From Torpedo marmorata (Eukaryota), in NCBI GenBank assembly GCA_977017645.1, contig OZ360235.1:37138001-37202000 (forward strand): a stretch of 64,000 nt of DNA. The letters run 5' to 3'. Both the position numbers and the translations under genes were made by a program. The notes under the pieces are model-generated. The model worked only from the letters and a program-made list of their open reading frames with translations, made no database searches and was not told the DNA's origin. Shown one piece after another: positions 53,150 through 64,000 of this stretch; position 1 is the stretch's first letter; every line of letters starts with the position of its first letter.

Positions 53150-56104
53150 CTAGTCCCACCTATCTGCACCCTGCCCATAACCCTCCACTTCCTTCTCATC
53201 CATATACTTGTCCAACTTTTTCTTAAATAATAAAATTGACTCTGCCGCCACTACTTCTCCCGGAAGCTCATTCCACACCGCTACCACTCTCTGAGTAAAG
53301 AAGTTCCCCCTCATGTTACCTCTAAACCTTTGCCCCTTAACTCTTAGCTCATGTCCTCTTGTTTCAATCTCACCTATTCTTAATGGAAATAGTCTATCCA
53401 CATCCACTCTGTCTATCCCCTTCATAATTTTAAACACCTCTATCAAATCCCCTCTCAACCTTCTACGCTCCAAAGAATAAAGACCTAATCTGCTCAATCT
53501 CTCCTTGTACTCTAGATTCTTAAACCCAGGTAACATTCTGGTAAACCTTCTCTGCACTCTCTCCACCTTGTTGATATCCTTCCTATAATTTGGCGACCAG
53601 AACTGCACACAGAACTCTAAATTAGGCCGCACCAAAGCCTTATATAATCTCAACATCACTTCCCAACTCCTATATTCTATGCAATGATTGATAAAGGCCA
53701 GCATACTAAAAGCCTTCTTCACCACCCTATTCACATGAGTTTCCACCTTCAGGGAACGATGCACCGTTATTCCTAAATCTTTCTGCTCTTCTGTATTCTT
53801 CAATGCTCTCCCATTTACTACATATGTCCTGTTCTGATTCTTCCTACCAAAATGAAGCACCTCACACTTATCAGCATTAAACTCCATCTGCCATTTTTCA
53901 GCCCACTTTTCTAAGCAGCCCAAATCCCTCTGCAATCCTTGAAAACCTTCTTCATTATCCACTATTCCACCTATCTTAGTATCATCTGCATATTTACTAA
54001 TCCAGTTTACCACCCCATCATCTAGATCATTGATATATATAACAAACAACAACGGGCCCAATACAGATCCCTGAGGCACACCGCTGGTCACCTGCCTCCA
54101 ACCTGACAGACAATTATCCACTACCATTCTCTGGCCTCTCCCTTCCAGCCAATGTTCAATCCATTTGACTATCTCAGAATTTATACCTAAAGACTGCACC
54201 TTCCTAACTAACCTTCCATGCGGAACCTTATCGAAGGCCTTACTGAAGTCCATATAGACAACATCCACCGCGCTACCCTCATCCACATTCCTAGTCACCT
54301 CTTCAAAAAATTCAATCAGATTGGTCAAACAGGACCTTCCGCTCACAAATCCGTGTTGAGAGTTCCTGATCAGACCCTGTCTATCCAGATATTTATAAGT
54401 ACTATCTCTGAGAACTTTCTCCATTAATTTACCTACCACAGACGTCAAACTTACAGGCCGATAATTGCCAGGCTTCCTCCTTGAACCCTTTTTAAATAAC
54501 GGAACCACATGCGCAATACGCCAATCCTCCGGCACTATCCCCATCTCTAATGACATTTGGAAAATCACCGTCAGAGCCTCTGCTATTTCTTCGCTTACTT
54601 CTCTCAAGGTCCTGGGGAAGACCCCGTCGGGTCCCGGAGACTTATCCACCTTTATATGCCTCAAAAGCCCTAACACTACATCTTTCGTAATCCCTATATT
54701 CTCCATATTTACCCAATTTGCTTTTTTTATCTGGCATATCTCAATATCCTTCTCCTTGGTGAATACCGAAGAAAAGAAACTGTTCAATATCTCCCCCATT
54801 TCTCTAGGCTCCACACACAGTTTTCCGCTCTGATTCTCTAAGGGACCAATTTTGTCCCTTGCTTTCCTTTTACCATTAACGTATTTGTAAAAACCTTTTG
54901 GATTAATTTTCACCCTGCTTGCTATAGTCTCTTCATACCTTCTTTTAGCTTTCCTAATTCCTCTCTTAAGATTCTTTTTACATTCAATGTATTTTTCAAA
55001 CATCTCCTTATTTCCATGCTTCTTATACTTAATGTACACCTCCCTTTTTTTTCGAACCAAGTTTCCAATATTCCTCGAAAACCACGGCTCTCTCAAACCT
55101 TTTGCCCCTCCTTTTAACCTAACAGGAACATAAAGCTTTTGCACTCTCAAAATCTGATCTTTAAAAGACTTCCATCTCTCTACTACATCCTGCCCATAAA
55201 ACAAATTGTCCCAATGCACACCCTGTAAGTCCCTTCGCATCTCCTCAAATCTAGCTTTTCCCCAATCAAAAACCTCAACCCTTGGCCCTGACTTATCTCT
55301 TTCCATAATGACATTGAAGCTGATGGCATTATGATCACTGGACCCGAAGTGCTCGCCAACACAAACCTCCGTCACTTGACCTATCTCATTTGCCAACAGT
55401 AGATCTAACACTGCTCCTTCTCTGGTCGGTACCTCTACATACTGTTGTAAAAAACTATCCTGCACACATTTCACAAACTCCAACCCATCCAGCCCTTTCA
55501 CAGAATGTGTTTCCCAATCTATATGTGGAAAATTAAAATCTCCCACAATCACAACCCTGTGCTTATCACAAATATCCACTATCTCCCTACAGATTTGCTC
55601 CTCTAGGTCTCTGTCCCCTCCGGGTGGTCTATAATACACCCCTACAAGTGTAACTTCTCCTTTTCCACTTCTCAGTTCTACCCAAATAGCCTCCGTGGAC
55701 GAGCCCACTAATCTATCCTGCCTAAGCACCGCTGTAATATTCTCCCTGACAAGCAATGCAACACCACCTCCTCTTGCTCCTCCGACTCTATCTCACCTAA
55801 AGCAACGAAACCCAGGGATATTCAGCTGCCAATCACATCCCTCCTGCAACCATGTCTCACTGATGGCTACCACCTCATACTTCCAAGTATCAATCCACAC
55901 CTTCAGCTCATCCACCTTTTTTACAATACTCCTGGCATTCAAATATATGAATTTCAGAGATTTCCCACTTCTTAATCTCTGTTTGCCCTTATCTTTAGTA
56001 ACCTTCTCTATCACCTGCCCATCCATATTCAAACACTGACTACAAACTTTCTCTGTTCTAACCTTCTCCTTACTGCTCGGTACTATTTTGCTCCCTCCCC
56101 CCAA
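53150..56104 (-). pseudogene. CR1 ORF2 (APE endonuclease + reverse transcriptase) with a single in-frame TGA at 55795-55793
   Basis: ORFs 55793-56104 and 53150-55756 are in the same frame: LNARSI, ISETWL, GDFN, SDH, NYRPVSLTS, DFSKAFD, PQGSVLGP, YADD. True start codon uncertain. Confidence 0.95.
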
Positions 56105-56109
56105 CCTTT

Positions 56110-56583
56110 CTAGTTTAAAGGCTCCTGAGTAGCCCTAGCAAATACCCCTGCCAGGATCCTGGTCCCCCTGGGATTCAAGTGTAACCCGTCCTTACTGTAG
56201 AGGTCACATCTCCCCCAAAAAAGGTCCCAGTGATCCAGAAACTTGAAACCCTGCCCCTTACTCCACCCCTTCAGCCACGTGTTAATACTCCACCTCATTC
56301 TATTTCTACTCTCACTGTCACGTGGCACAGGGAGTAATCCGGAGATTATCCCCTTTGCGGTCCTTCTTTTTAACTCCCTACCTAACTGCCTGTACTCCCT
56401 TTTTAGGACCTCTTCTCTATTCCTCCCTGTCATTGGTACCGACATGTACCACGACCTCTGGCTCCTGTCCCTCCCCCTTTAGGATATCCGGGACACGAGC
56501 AGCAACATCCCGGACCCTGGCACCAGGGAGGCAAACCACCATCCGGTTCTCCTTGCTGCGTCCACAGAATCCCCTATCTGTCC
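56110..56583 (-). pseudogene. CR1 ORF1 SGNH esterase domain, truncated and frameshifted
   Basis: CLPGA, HVGTND, frameshift near 56430, then DGLHLN; the GDS block is missing at the truncation. Confidence 0.88.
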
Positions 56584-56940
56584 TCTTGAGTCTTATCTAA
56601 CTCTCTTTTGAACATAATCAGTGAATCTGCCTCTACCACCCTCTGTGGCAGAGCATTCCACAGATTCACACTTCTCTGGGTAAAAAAATTTTTCCTCATC
56701 TCCGTCCTAAAGGGCCTTCCCTGTATTCTTAAACTATGCCCTCTAGTCCTCGTCTCTCCCATCATTGGGAACAAGTAATCCGACTTCACCCTGTCTATCC
56801 CCTTGATAATCTTGTATACCTCAATCATGTCCCCCCTCATCCTTCTAAACTCCATCGGATATAAGTCCAGTTTTTCTAACCTTTCAGCATATGTCAATCC
56901 TGCCATCCCTGGAACTAACCTTGTAAATCTGCGCTGCACA
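56584..56940 (-). mobile_element. Outer CR1, ORF2 C-terminal fragment
   Basis: QRRFTRLVPG...RRMRGDMIEVYKI...FFTQRSVNLWNALP...FKRELD. Confidence 0.92.
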
Positions 56941-57020
56941 AGGTTAGTTCCAGGGATGGCAGGATTGACATATGCTGAAAGGTTAGAAAAACTGGACTTA
57001 TATCCGATGGAGTTTAGAAG
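56842..57020. repeat. Perfect 83-bp inverted repeat with a 13-nt loop at the CR1 5' junction
   Basis: 56842-56924 is the reverse complement of 56938-57020. Confidence 0.95.
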
Positions 57021-58069
57021 TATTCAATTTTCTGATAAAATTTTATCAGATCGTTTGCTTAAACATGATGCTATTCAAAAGAATTTCTGGACCTCTACTG
57101 TGTGATATTATCAGCTGTTCAAGGGAGACAGGAACATCCCAAATTCAATGAAGTACATGATGAAGTGTATTCATATGGTCAAGGACATCTATTCCACTGA
57201 ATACACCTCAAGAAATGCAATAAAGTTATCACTATTTAGTACTCTTAACGTTGCTTTTTATTCATGTTGTCACAATTCTAGTTTTAAAATGAAATTGTGA
57301 TCATGGCCTCCAACTTACCTAATAACTACAAAATGAAAACAAAACCAAATCTAACTTAACCACAAATTGACTTTTTTAGGTTATGAAAGATACACGTTAA
57401 AACAGAAGAATCAATGGGGCTACAGTGGAAGAAAAGAAGAAGGATGAGTTTTGAATTGTCTCGAAAAGAGCCAGTGCAAATATGATGGGCTGAATGTTCC
57501 TCCTGCTGAGCTACCGTATGTATATCTATGACTTGTTATTCTAAGTTTTCTATCCCGTAGCCAGACAAATCTACTGCAGAGCTTGCCAACTCTTTCCACA
57601 GCATAGAAAACATTAATTTAAATATGGTGAAATTCTACAGATTTTACTCCTTACCTCCTGACAGCTAATCTGGTGAAATGGATCACACATCCTTTATAGA
57701 ATCTGCATAATTTTTTTGCTATTGAATTGAGGCCATGATCCAAGTGATGAAATTCTGCTCTTTTGCAGTTTTCAAACCATGTACATCACATGAAGTGCCA
57801 GGAATCAAAACCTGCTGCCAATGATGAGCTGTGAATGCTTATTTCTATTGTAGGTACCAACCAAGGTAGTGAGGGCAGGGTTTTGTGGGTCCTAATGCTG
57901 TCACATGAGGCTTTGCTCATAAAACAGATGATTGAAAAAAAGGTTCAGTAGCAACTGAGCCATCCTCCTTGGCTTTGACAGCTATGAATGTTTCTGGATG
58001 TCTCTGATATTCAGAGCATTCAAAAACTATAAAAGATCAATTTAACAATTAAAATCATTTGGCGGTTAA

Positions 58070-58192
58070 ACAAGAAGTCTGCAAATGCTGGAGAACTGGA
58101 TCAATATGCAAAAGTGCTGGAGGAATTCAGCACACCAGGCAGCATCCATGGAAAGCAATAGGCAGTCAACGTTTCGAGCCTGAGCCCTTCAT
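58070..58192 (-). mobile_element. Penelope-like pLTR fragment
   Basis: GTGCTGGAGGAATTCAGCA...AACGTTTCGAGCCTGAGCCCTTCAT. Confidence 0.7.
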
Positions 58193-58480
58193 TAAAATCA
58201 TTTACTGCTTTTAAACACTTAACGCATTAAATCTAAAAAAATGCATGCTCCCCTTGCACCTTGCAGCTTTGCCCTCCATGGAATTGAAGTGGCCTGCTTT
58301 TATTGCAGCAGGCCTAACCTGCAACATATTCACACTATGCTTACTTCTCCCTACTGAGTCCTGATCGCAAAACTTCATTTTTTTTAGAATGATTCTTTGC
58401 TCTGATTTCTAGCCATTTAGCACTTTTCACTTTTTAACCAGAATTCCTACAAATCCTTCCCTGAATTTTGTTGGCACTTA

Positions 58481-58721
58481 CAGTAAAAGTCTGAAAATCC
58501 GGACGCCAGAAATCCAGACCACCCGAGAATCCGGACTTCTCGGAAACTCTCGGCTTTTGCATGCATGCGTGCATTGCGTGCGTGCATCGTATGTGTGCGT
58601 GCATTGTGCACGTGTGCGTGCACTGCGTAAGCGCCACAGATGTACTGCCTGAGAATCCGGAAAATCTGAAAATCCGGACCAACCCAATCCCCGAGCAGTC
58701 CGGATTTTAGGACTTTTACTG
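58481..58721. mobile_element. Tc1/mariner-type MITE with TCCGGA subterminal repeats
   Basis: TIRs CAGTAAAAGTCTGAAAATCCGGAC / GTCCGGATTTTAGGACTTTTACTG; TA on the left only. Confidence 0.8.
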
Positions 58722-59404
58722 CGTATATCTTATCATATATGACTAAGAAATTGCAACTTCTGAAACTAATGAAACGTACTCCTTTGCTCAGAATCTCAGA
58801 TTTATTGTCAGAGTACATACATGGCATCACATACAATCCTGAGATTCTTAAGAAGAATTGCTTATATCTTATTGAAAAGGTAAATAAATAAAAAGTTAAT
58901 ATTAATTTAATTTTGAAAATCGAACATTCACAAAAAGGCAATTTCTTGAAAATTTAGAACCGATCATTCCTTTCTCTTTCCTTCACAGACAAGTTCATTA
59001 ACAGGAAATATTTTGTTTCCCTGTTGGTTTACAATTCAGCAATAAAATGGATCCTAGATTTTGGATGGTAGATGAGATCGACTGCACTTATATTGTCCAC
59101 TCTGTCCATCCAAATCATATTGCTGCTAATGGCAAGAATGCAAATCTATCAACAACTATTTCAAATGTTAGCATATGTACTGGATGTGTGCACAAAGCAG
59201 GAATAACTGGCCTTTCTGTGTGTCCCATTAATCATTACATATCTACCTATTGTCTTCATGAAAATCTTTCGAAAAGGAGTAAAGCAGTTTGTCACTTTTG
59301 TCACAGAATTTGGAAATGACTGGATACATTTTGACAACAAATTTCATCCAGGTTCAATATTTGTGTTAATCAATGTCTCTATTTGTGTGAACCTAGTCCC
59401 CCTT

Positions 59405-59595
59405 TAATTATTACACCCAAATGACCTACAACCCCTGTGCGTTTTTGAAGGGTGGGAGGAAACCGGTGCACCCAGAGGAAACACATGGAGACACGGGGAG
59501 AACGTAAAAACTCCTTACAGACAGCGCCGAATTCAAACCCAGGATGCTGGCGATGTAACAGTGCTGCGCTAACTACTACGCTAACCGTGCCGCCC
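59405..59595 (-). mobile_element. tRNA-derived V-domain SINE (HE1-like), tail missing
   Basis: Reverse complement of the 23017-type head and V domain. Confidence 0.85.
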
Positions 59596-59654
59596 TGATA
59601 TACTTACTATCATTTTCTATTTCAATATATCATTTAGCATTATCTTTTCAATGC

Positions 59655-59839
59655 TCTGCCAATTCGGCCGTTCACATTGGAGCCGATTCAAAACGGATCG
59701 GCTTTGATACTACCTCCCTAGGCGGTTAATTGCCGGGTCGATTTGGACCCCCCATACCGGGTTGGGAGCGTTCACACTGGCAGGCAAACCAGTAAATTGC
59801 CGGTTAATTCCTGGGTTCAAGTGCCAGTGTGAAAGGTGC
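59655..59839. mobile_element. Putative MITE fragment (possibly PIF/Harbinger-like)
   Basis: Repeated GTTCACA(C/T)TGG motifs and terminal CCAGTGTGAAAGGTGC-TAA; left end not resolved. Confidence 0.4.
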
Positions 59840-60132
59840 TAATATTACCATGATTGTGCTCTCAATGTGCTTTTGAAAACATCTTTGAGGTTTTCTGGCA
59901 TTTTTTTCCACAGTTGTAGTTTAGGACATTTCTTTTCCAAAGTTTAAAATTATGACACAGTGTTCAACAATTTAGGTTAGCAGTTGATTGACAATGTATA
60001 CTAAAAAATTATGAGTAAAATAAATCAAGTTTGATTTGATGACCATGCATAGAAATTACCGTAATTGGTTTTGGGTGAAAGGTGCTATTTTTTGACTTTT
60101 AAGACTAATATAGGGAAATGTTATGATTATAA

Positions 60133-60488
60133 TGTAGCACGTCGCTACAGTTATAGCTCTGCACGTTGAGTCGGTTATAGCTCTAGTTCTGCAGCTCACG
60201 AGGAGATGCACACCCTCTGAGCGTCGAGTCAGAACTGCTTACTCTGCCGTCGGCTCTGCCTTTTATAGGCGGGCCAAGCCGGGCTGTCGCGTCACTGATG
60301 GGGCGTGGCCTGAGACGCGACGCCCAGGATTGGTCGGGCCACGATCCATCATTGGGAATTGGCCTGTTTCCTCCCTGCCGTTGTGGCCTATGGGAACAGG
60401 TAGTCCGGATCACGTGCCGCCTGCGCGATTGTCGCGTTCGACCACCACTCCCTGTGTCGGCCTGCGGAGTAGGTCGCGGGCCACTACA
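60133..60488 (-). mobile_element. Solo LTR, CpG-rich
   Basis: TGTAG...CTACA termini, 4-bp TSD ATAA (60129-60132 and 60489-60492), minus-strand TATAAAA at ~60261-60267, GC box and CCAAT motifs. Confidence 0.9.
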
Positions 60489-60868
60489 ATAACACTATTG
60501 CCCAGTTAGTTGTTCTTGGCATATAATACTGTGGTGACGGCGTTCTGTACTCTTCCTCTGAAATTCAGCTCCATTGAAGAAAATATAGCATGTTTGGTGT
60601 TCCCAGCTGAATTTCTAGACTTTTTTTTAACACCACTCTTCCTCATGTTAAAGCCAAAATTTACAGTTACAAATTATGATTATGTGACAATGTTACTTTA
60701 CAACATCTCCTCACAGATAACTTGGATTTTATGTTTGAAAGTCTTTATCAATGTAATTAATCTTGGAGCTTTCAGACCGTCTACAGAAGTGACAGGAGGA
60801 CTATATGCACAAGATTGAATTTTCCCCTTCCTAAACAACTTGAATTCGAAGGTTACTTAGTGTTACAA

Positions 60869-61048
60869 NNNNNNNNNNNNNNNNNNNNNNNNNNNNNNNN
60901 NNNNNNNNNNNNNNNNNNNNNNNNNNNNNNNNNNNNNNNNNNNNNNNNNNNNNNNNNNNNNNNNNNNNNNNNNNNNNNNNNNNNNNNNNNNNNNNNNNNN
61001 NNNNNNNNNNNNNNNNNNNNNNNNNNNNNNNNNNNNNNNNNNNNNNNN
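60869..61048. other. Assembly gap (N run)
   Basis: Run of N. Confidence 1.
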
Positions 61049-62004
61049 AAAACATGCCTCGCCACATATTATGTTTATAAATTGTACTCCTTCCCTTTTG
61101 TACTCATGGAGCTTTCCGATTTGCATGTAATGTTTGCCAGCTTTGTTGCCTCCATATATTCCATTTAAAATAATTACCGGTATTTACTATTTACTGACAT
61201 ATGAAGCTAAATATTTTTTTCCAAAGCTGTTAAAAGGGATAAATTCATTTGGGTTTTTTTAAAAGAAATCTAGCCAATAAAATGGTAGCAGCATTGATGT
61301 GGTCAACAAGCTGTTCCAGTCTGTTTATAGAACATTGCAAAATATTTGTTGAGTGCTGAAGCATATTAGCTTTGCTGGTCTAATGTAACTGTGTGCATTG
61401 TTTGAACCATTCTTCTTTGTTCCTATTAAACACAGTAGTTTATTTTTAACTTTGCCTTTATTTAGTTGTTAGTTAGTGAAAGCCGTTCAAACACCCAATC
61501 AAAAGTATCATAACAGAACTAAGTTTTCTCATACTGATTTCAGCTTCCTTTCCACAAGAGTTGAAAGTCATTGACAAAGGATTGCTCAAATTCACACTTA
61601 AATAAACCTTAAATTTTAAGAAAAAAAATCAGTGTGAATGTGAAACTAAAATAGTCAGTGACTGATAATGCAAGTTTGAAGTCACCTTGCAAAAATCTTC
61701 ACTCACATTCATCAGAAAAGCCAACTTCCATAACCAGTTCACCTCTCTTATGAACTGTAAAATAGTGTACTTAATGTAAATAGGACAGAGTGACCAAGAA
61801 AAATGTATTTTCCAGAGAGGTGCACAATTACTACCATTTTTGAATCAAATTGCTTCAGTCCAGAAATTTTACTGGATCCATCCAGTCACATATCACCCTT
61901 GTTTAATTGACATGAGTTCTGTCCGATATGCACACAATTATGTTGACTCTCCCCATTTCAGCTCTCCATTCCCAACACTTCCAGGCAAATTCACATATAT
62001 ATTA

Positions 62005-62312
62005 GGGTGACAGAATGCACAGCCACTGCCTCACAGCTCCAGGTTCAATCCTGGCCTCTGGTTCTGTCCGTGAGAAGTTTGCACTTCCCCCCTCCCCCCA
62101 CCCCCCCCCCCTCCTCCTTCCCCCATGACCATGTATGTTTCCCTTGGATGCTCTGGTTTCCTTCCACATGGCAAAGACATGCTGTCGCAGTATGTTGGGT
62201 AGTAGAATCTAGGGGACAGTCGATGGAAATACAGGAAGAATAAAAGGGGTTTGATGTTTGGTGTGAACTCAGCTGGCCAAAAGGTTTGTTTCTGTGCTGT
62301 AACTCTCTGTAG
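62005..62312 (+). mobile_element. Older degenerate V-domain SINE
   Basis: GCTGCCTCACAG-like head, GGTTCAATCC B box, decayed V domain GGATGCTCTGGTTTCCTTCCACA. Confidence 0.6.
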
Positions 62313-62371
62313 CTCTATGATCATATGACAGACATGAGAAACACACATTATTAGGAACTTAATTCAGATAA

Positions 62372-63007
62372 TAAAAACACAGAAATGCTGGAGGAACTCA
62401 GCAGGTCTCGCAGCATCCAGAGGAGGTAAAGATATATTACCGACGTGTTGGGCCTGAGCCCTTCCTCAACGTATGAGCAAAAAGCATGCAGGGGCTTATA
62501 TTAAAAGGCTGGTGGAAAGGGAAGAATGGGAGGGGGAGGGGTACAGACCAACAGACAAAAGGTGTTAATTGAACATGATAAAAGGAGAGAGGAAAGGTGA
62601 GAATTGATTGAGGGAGGGGGGTAGTTTTTGGCTCTGTGAAAGGAGACAGAGGGAAAAGGGAAGAGAGAGAGAGAGACAGACAGAGACAGAGACAGAGCTA
62701 GAAAGGAGACATAGGGAAAGGCTGTGGCAATTAATCACTGCAAATGAAGTCACCTCAGACATCTTTCCCTATCTCTCCTTTCTAGCTCTGTGTGTGTGTG
62801 TGTCTCTCTCTCTCTCTCTCTTCCCTTTTCATCAGTCTTTTAATATAGGACTGTCTGCTTTTTGCTCATACCTTGAGGAAGGGTGCAGGCCCGAAACGTC
62901 AGTAATACATCTTACCTCCTATGGACACTGCGAGGCCTGCTGAGTTCCTCCAGCATTTCTGTATTTTTACTACAATCAGAGCGTCTCCAGACTTTCGTGT
63001 TTTACCC
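62372..63007. mobile_element. Penelope-like insertion made of two inverted arms around a 40-bp captured filler
   Basis: Minus arm 62372-62720, plus arm 62763-63005, 11-bp TSD AATTCAGATAA (62361-62371 and 63008-63018). Confidence 0.9.
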
Positions 63008-64000
63008 AATTCAGATAAGCCCACTACTTACCTCCTCCCCTCTGAGACCTCTTCATTTACTAAAACCCACTCACCCAATCATGTCAGCAACCTAATTCTT
63101 CAACACCATCTCTCCTCCAACTCGCCCTCAAGTTAACGACTGCCAGCCAATGCCATGTCTCTCTCGTCAGGGCCCTCAGCACTCAATCAGCCTCAACCAC
63201 TCTGGTCAAGCTCCTGACCTGTTAACTCTTCCTTGCTCTGAGCGCAGCCTGGCCCTAGCTCTGAATGAGAGAAGTGTGTAATTGTGATTCATTGAGACCA
63301 TGGTTTTCAGTTGCATTTTTGATTAATCATGTTTTTTCCACTCTCAACTCAAGATGTTGATGGCAGGGTTCATACTAATTGTACTACTTTTGAACAACAA
63401 GGATAGGTGGCTGTGGCAATTAGTCACTGCAAATGAAGTCACCTCAGAAAAATCTTGACTTGCATTGATCACAAAAGCCAGCAGATTGGTGGCAGCCATA
63501 TTATATGTTGAGAACAACTGATATCTACACAATTTATTTGACACAGAAAAACAATTTGAAGGAAATTCATAGCAATTTTACAAAACAGAATTTGGCTTTG
63601 ACCAACGTAAGAACTTAAGTTGGTAAGAACTTGGTGACCAAGAGTAGGTTTTAGCAACATTTTAAAGGTGAATGAATTGAGACGGAAGAGTAATACAGAG
63701 AGTGAATTTCACATTGACAGCTGAAGACAACGCAACAAGCAGTGGATCAATTTACTCTGGGATGGCCAAGCAGCCAGAATTGGAGCATGGATATTTAGGA
63801 TGGTTTCGGACCTGAGGAGCTTATCAAGGTATGAGATCATGGAGAAATTTTAAAAATCAAGCTGTTGCTTAATCTGGTACCATTGGACACTGGAGAATTT
63901 GACAGATGGAATGTATTGTGAGAATATGAGCATTAGGGTTGGCCATGATTCCCACAGTTCCTCTTCCAATACCTCTCCATTTTGTAAATGGGTGAAAACG

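Larger units (their letters stand above)
53072..56583 (-). mobile_element. Young 3.5-kb CR1 LINE, 5'-truncated within ORF1
   Basis: (CATATAAC)n tail at 53072, full-length ORF2 and partial ORF1 esterase. Confidence 0.95.

Noticed and set aside
60133-60488. Missing 3' LTR of the Gypsy element at 11.6-13.6 kb
   Set aside because: No similarity to 11574-11828, opposite orientation, and it has its own TSD.
20520-61168. ORFs containing long X runs (20520, 26264, 45724, 46643, 60815 and overlaps)
   Set aside because: They are open only because they span N gaps.

Overview
AT-rich, repeat-dense vertebrate DNA with five short N gaps. The repeat families (V-domain tRNA SINEs of HE1 type, CR1 with SGNH-esterase ORF1, Rex1/Babar, L1, Penelope-like elements) suggest a cartilaginous fish (ray/shark), which is an inference. 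I recognise no host protein-coding gene; the window looks like a large intron or gene desert. All long ORFs are transposon-derived: a near-intact CR1 nested in another CR1 (52.9-57.0 kb), Rex1 fragments (42.5-43.4 and 50.4-52.6 kb), a truncated Ty3/Gypsy element (11.6-13.6 kb), a solo LTR (60.1-60.5 kb), an L1 3' end, Penelope copies with hammerhead-like cores, hAT and Tc1/mariner MITEs, and a 5S-headed SINE. The most interesting signals are mechanistic. (1) The Gypsy 5' LTR has no clear tRNA primer site; the sequence just after it is complementary to the LTR's own poly(A)-signal region. (2) A TSD-flanked inverted Penelope insertion has a hairpin loop copied from DNA about 400 bp away. (3) Templated fold-backs and stutters recur at the 5' junctions of several retro-insertions. 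Coordinates of old degenerate repeats are approximate, and no database search was possible.
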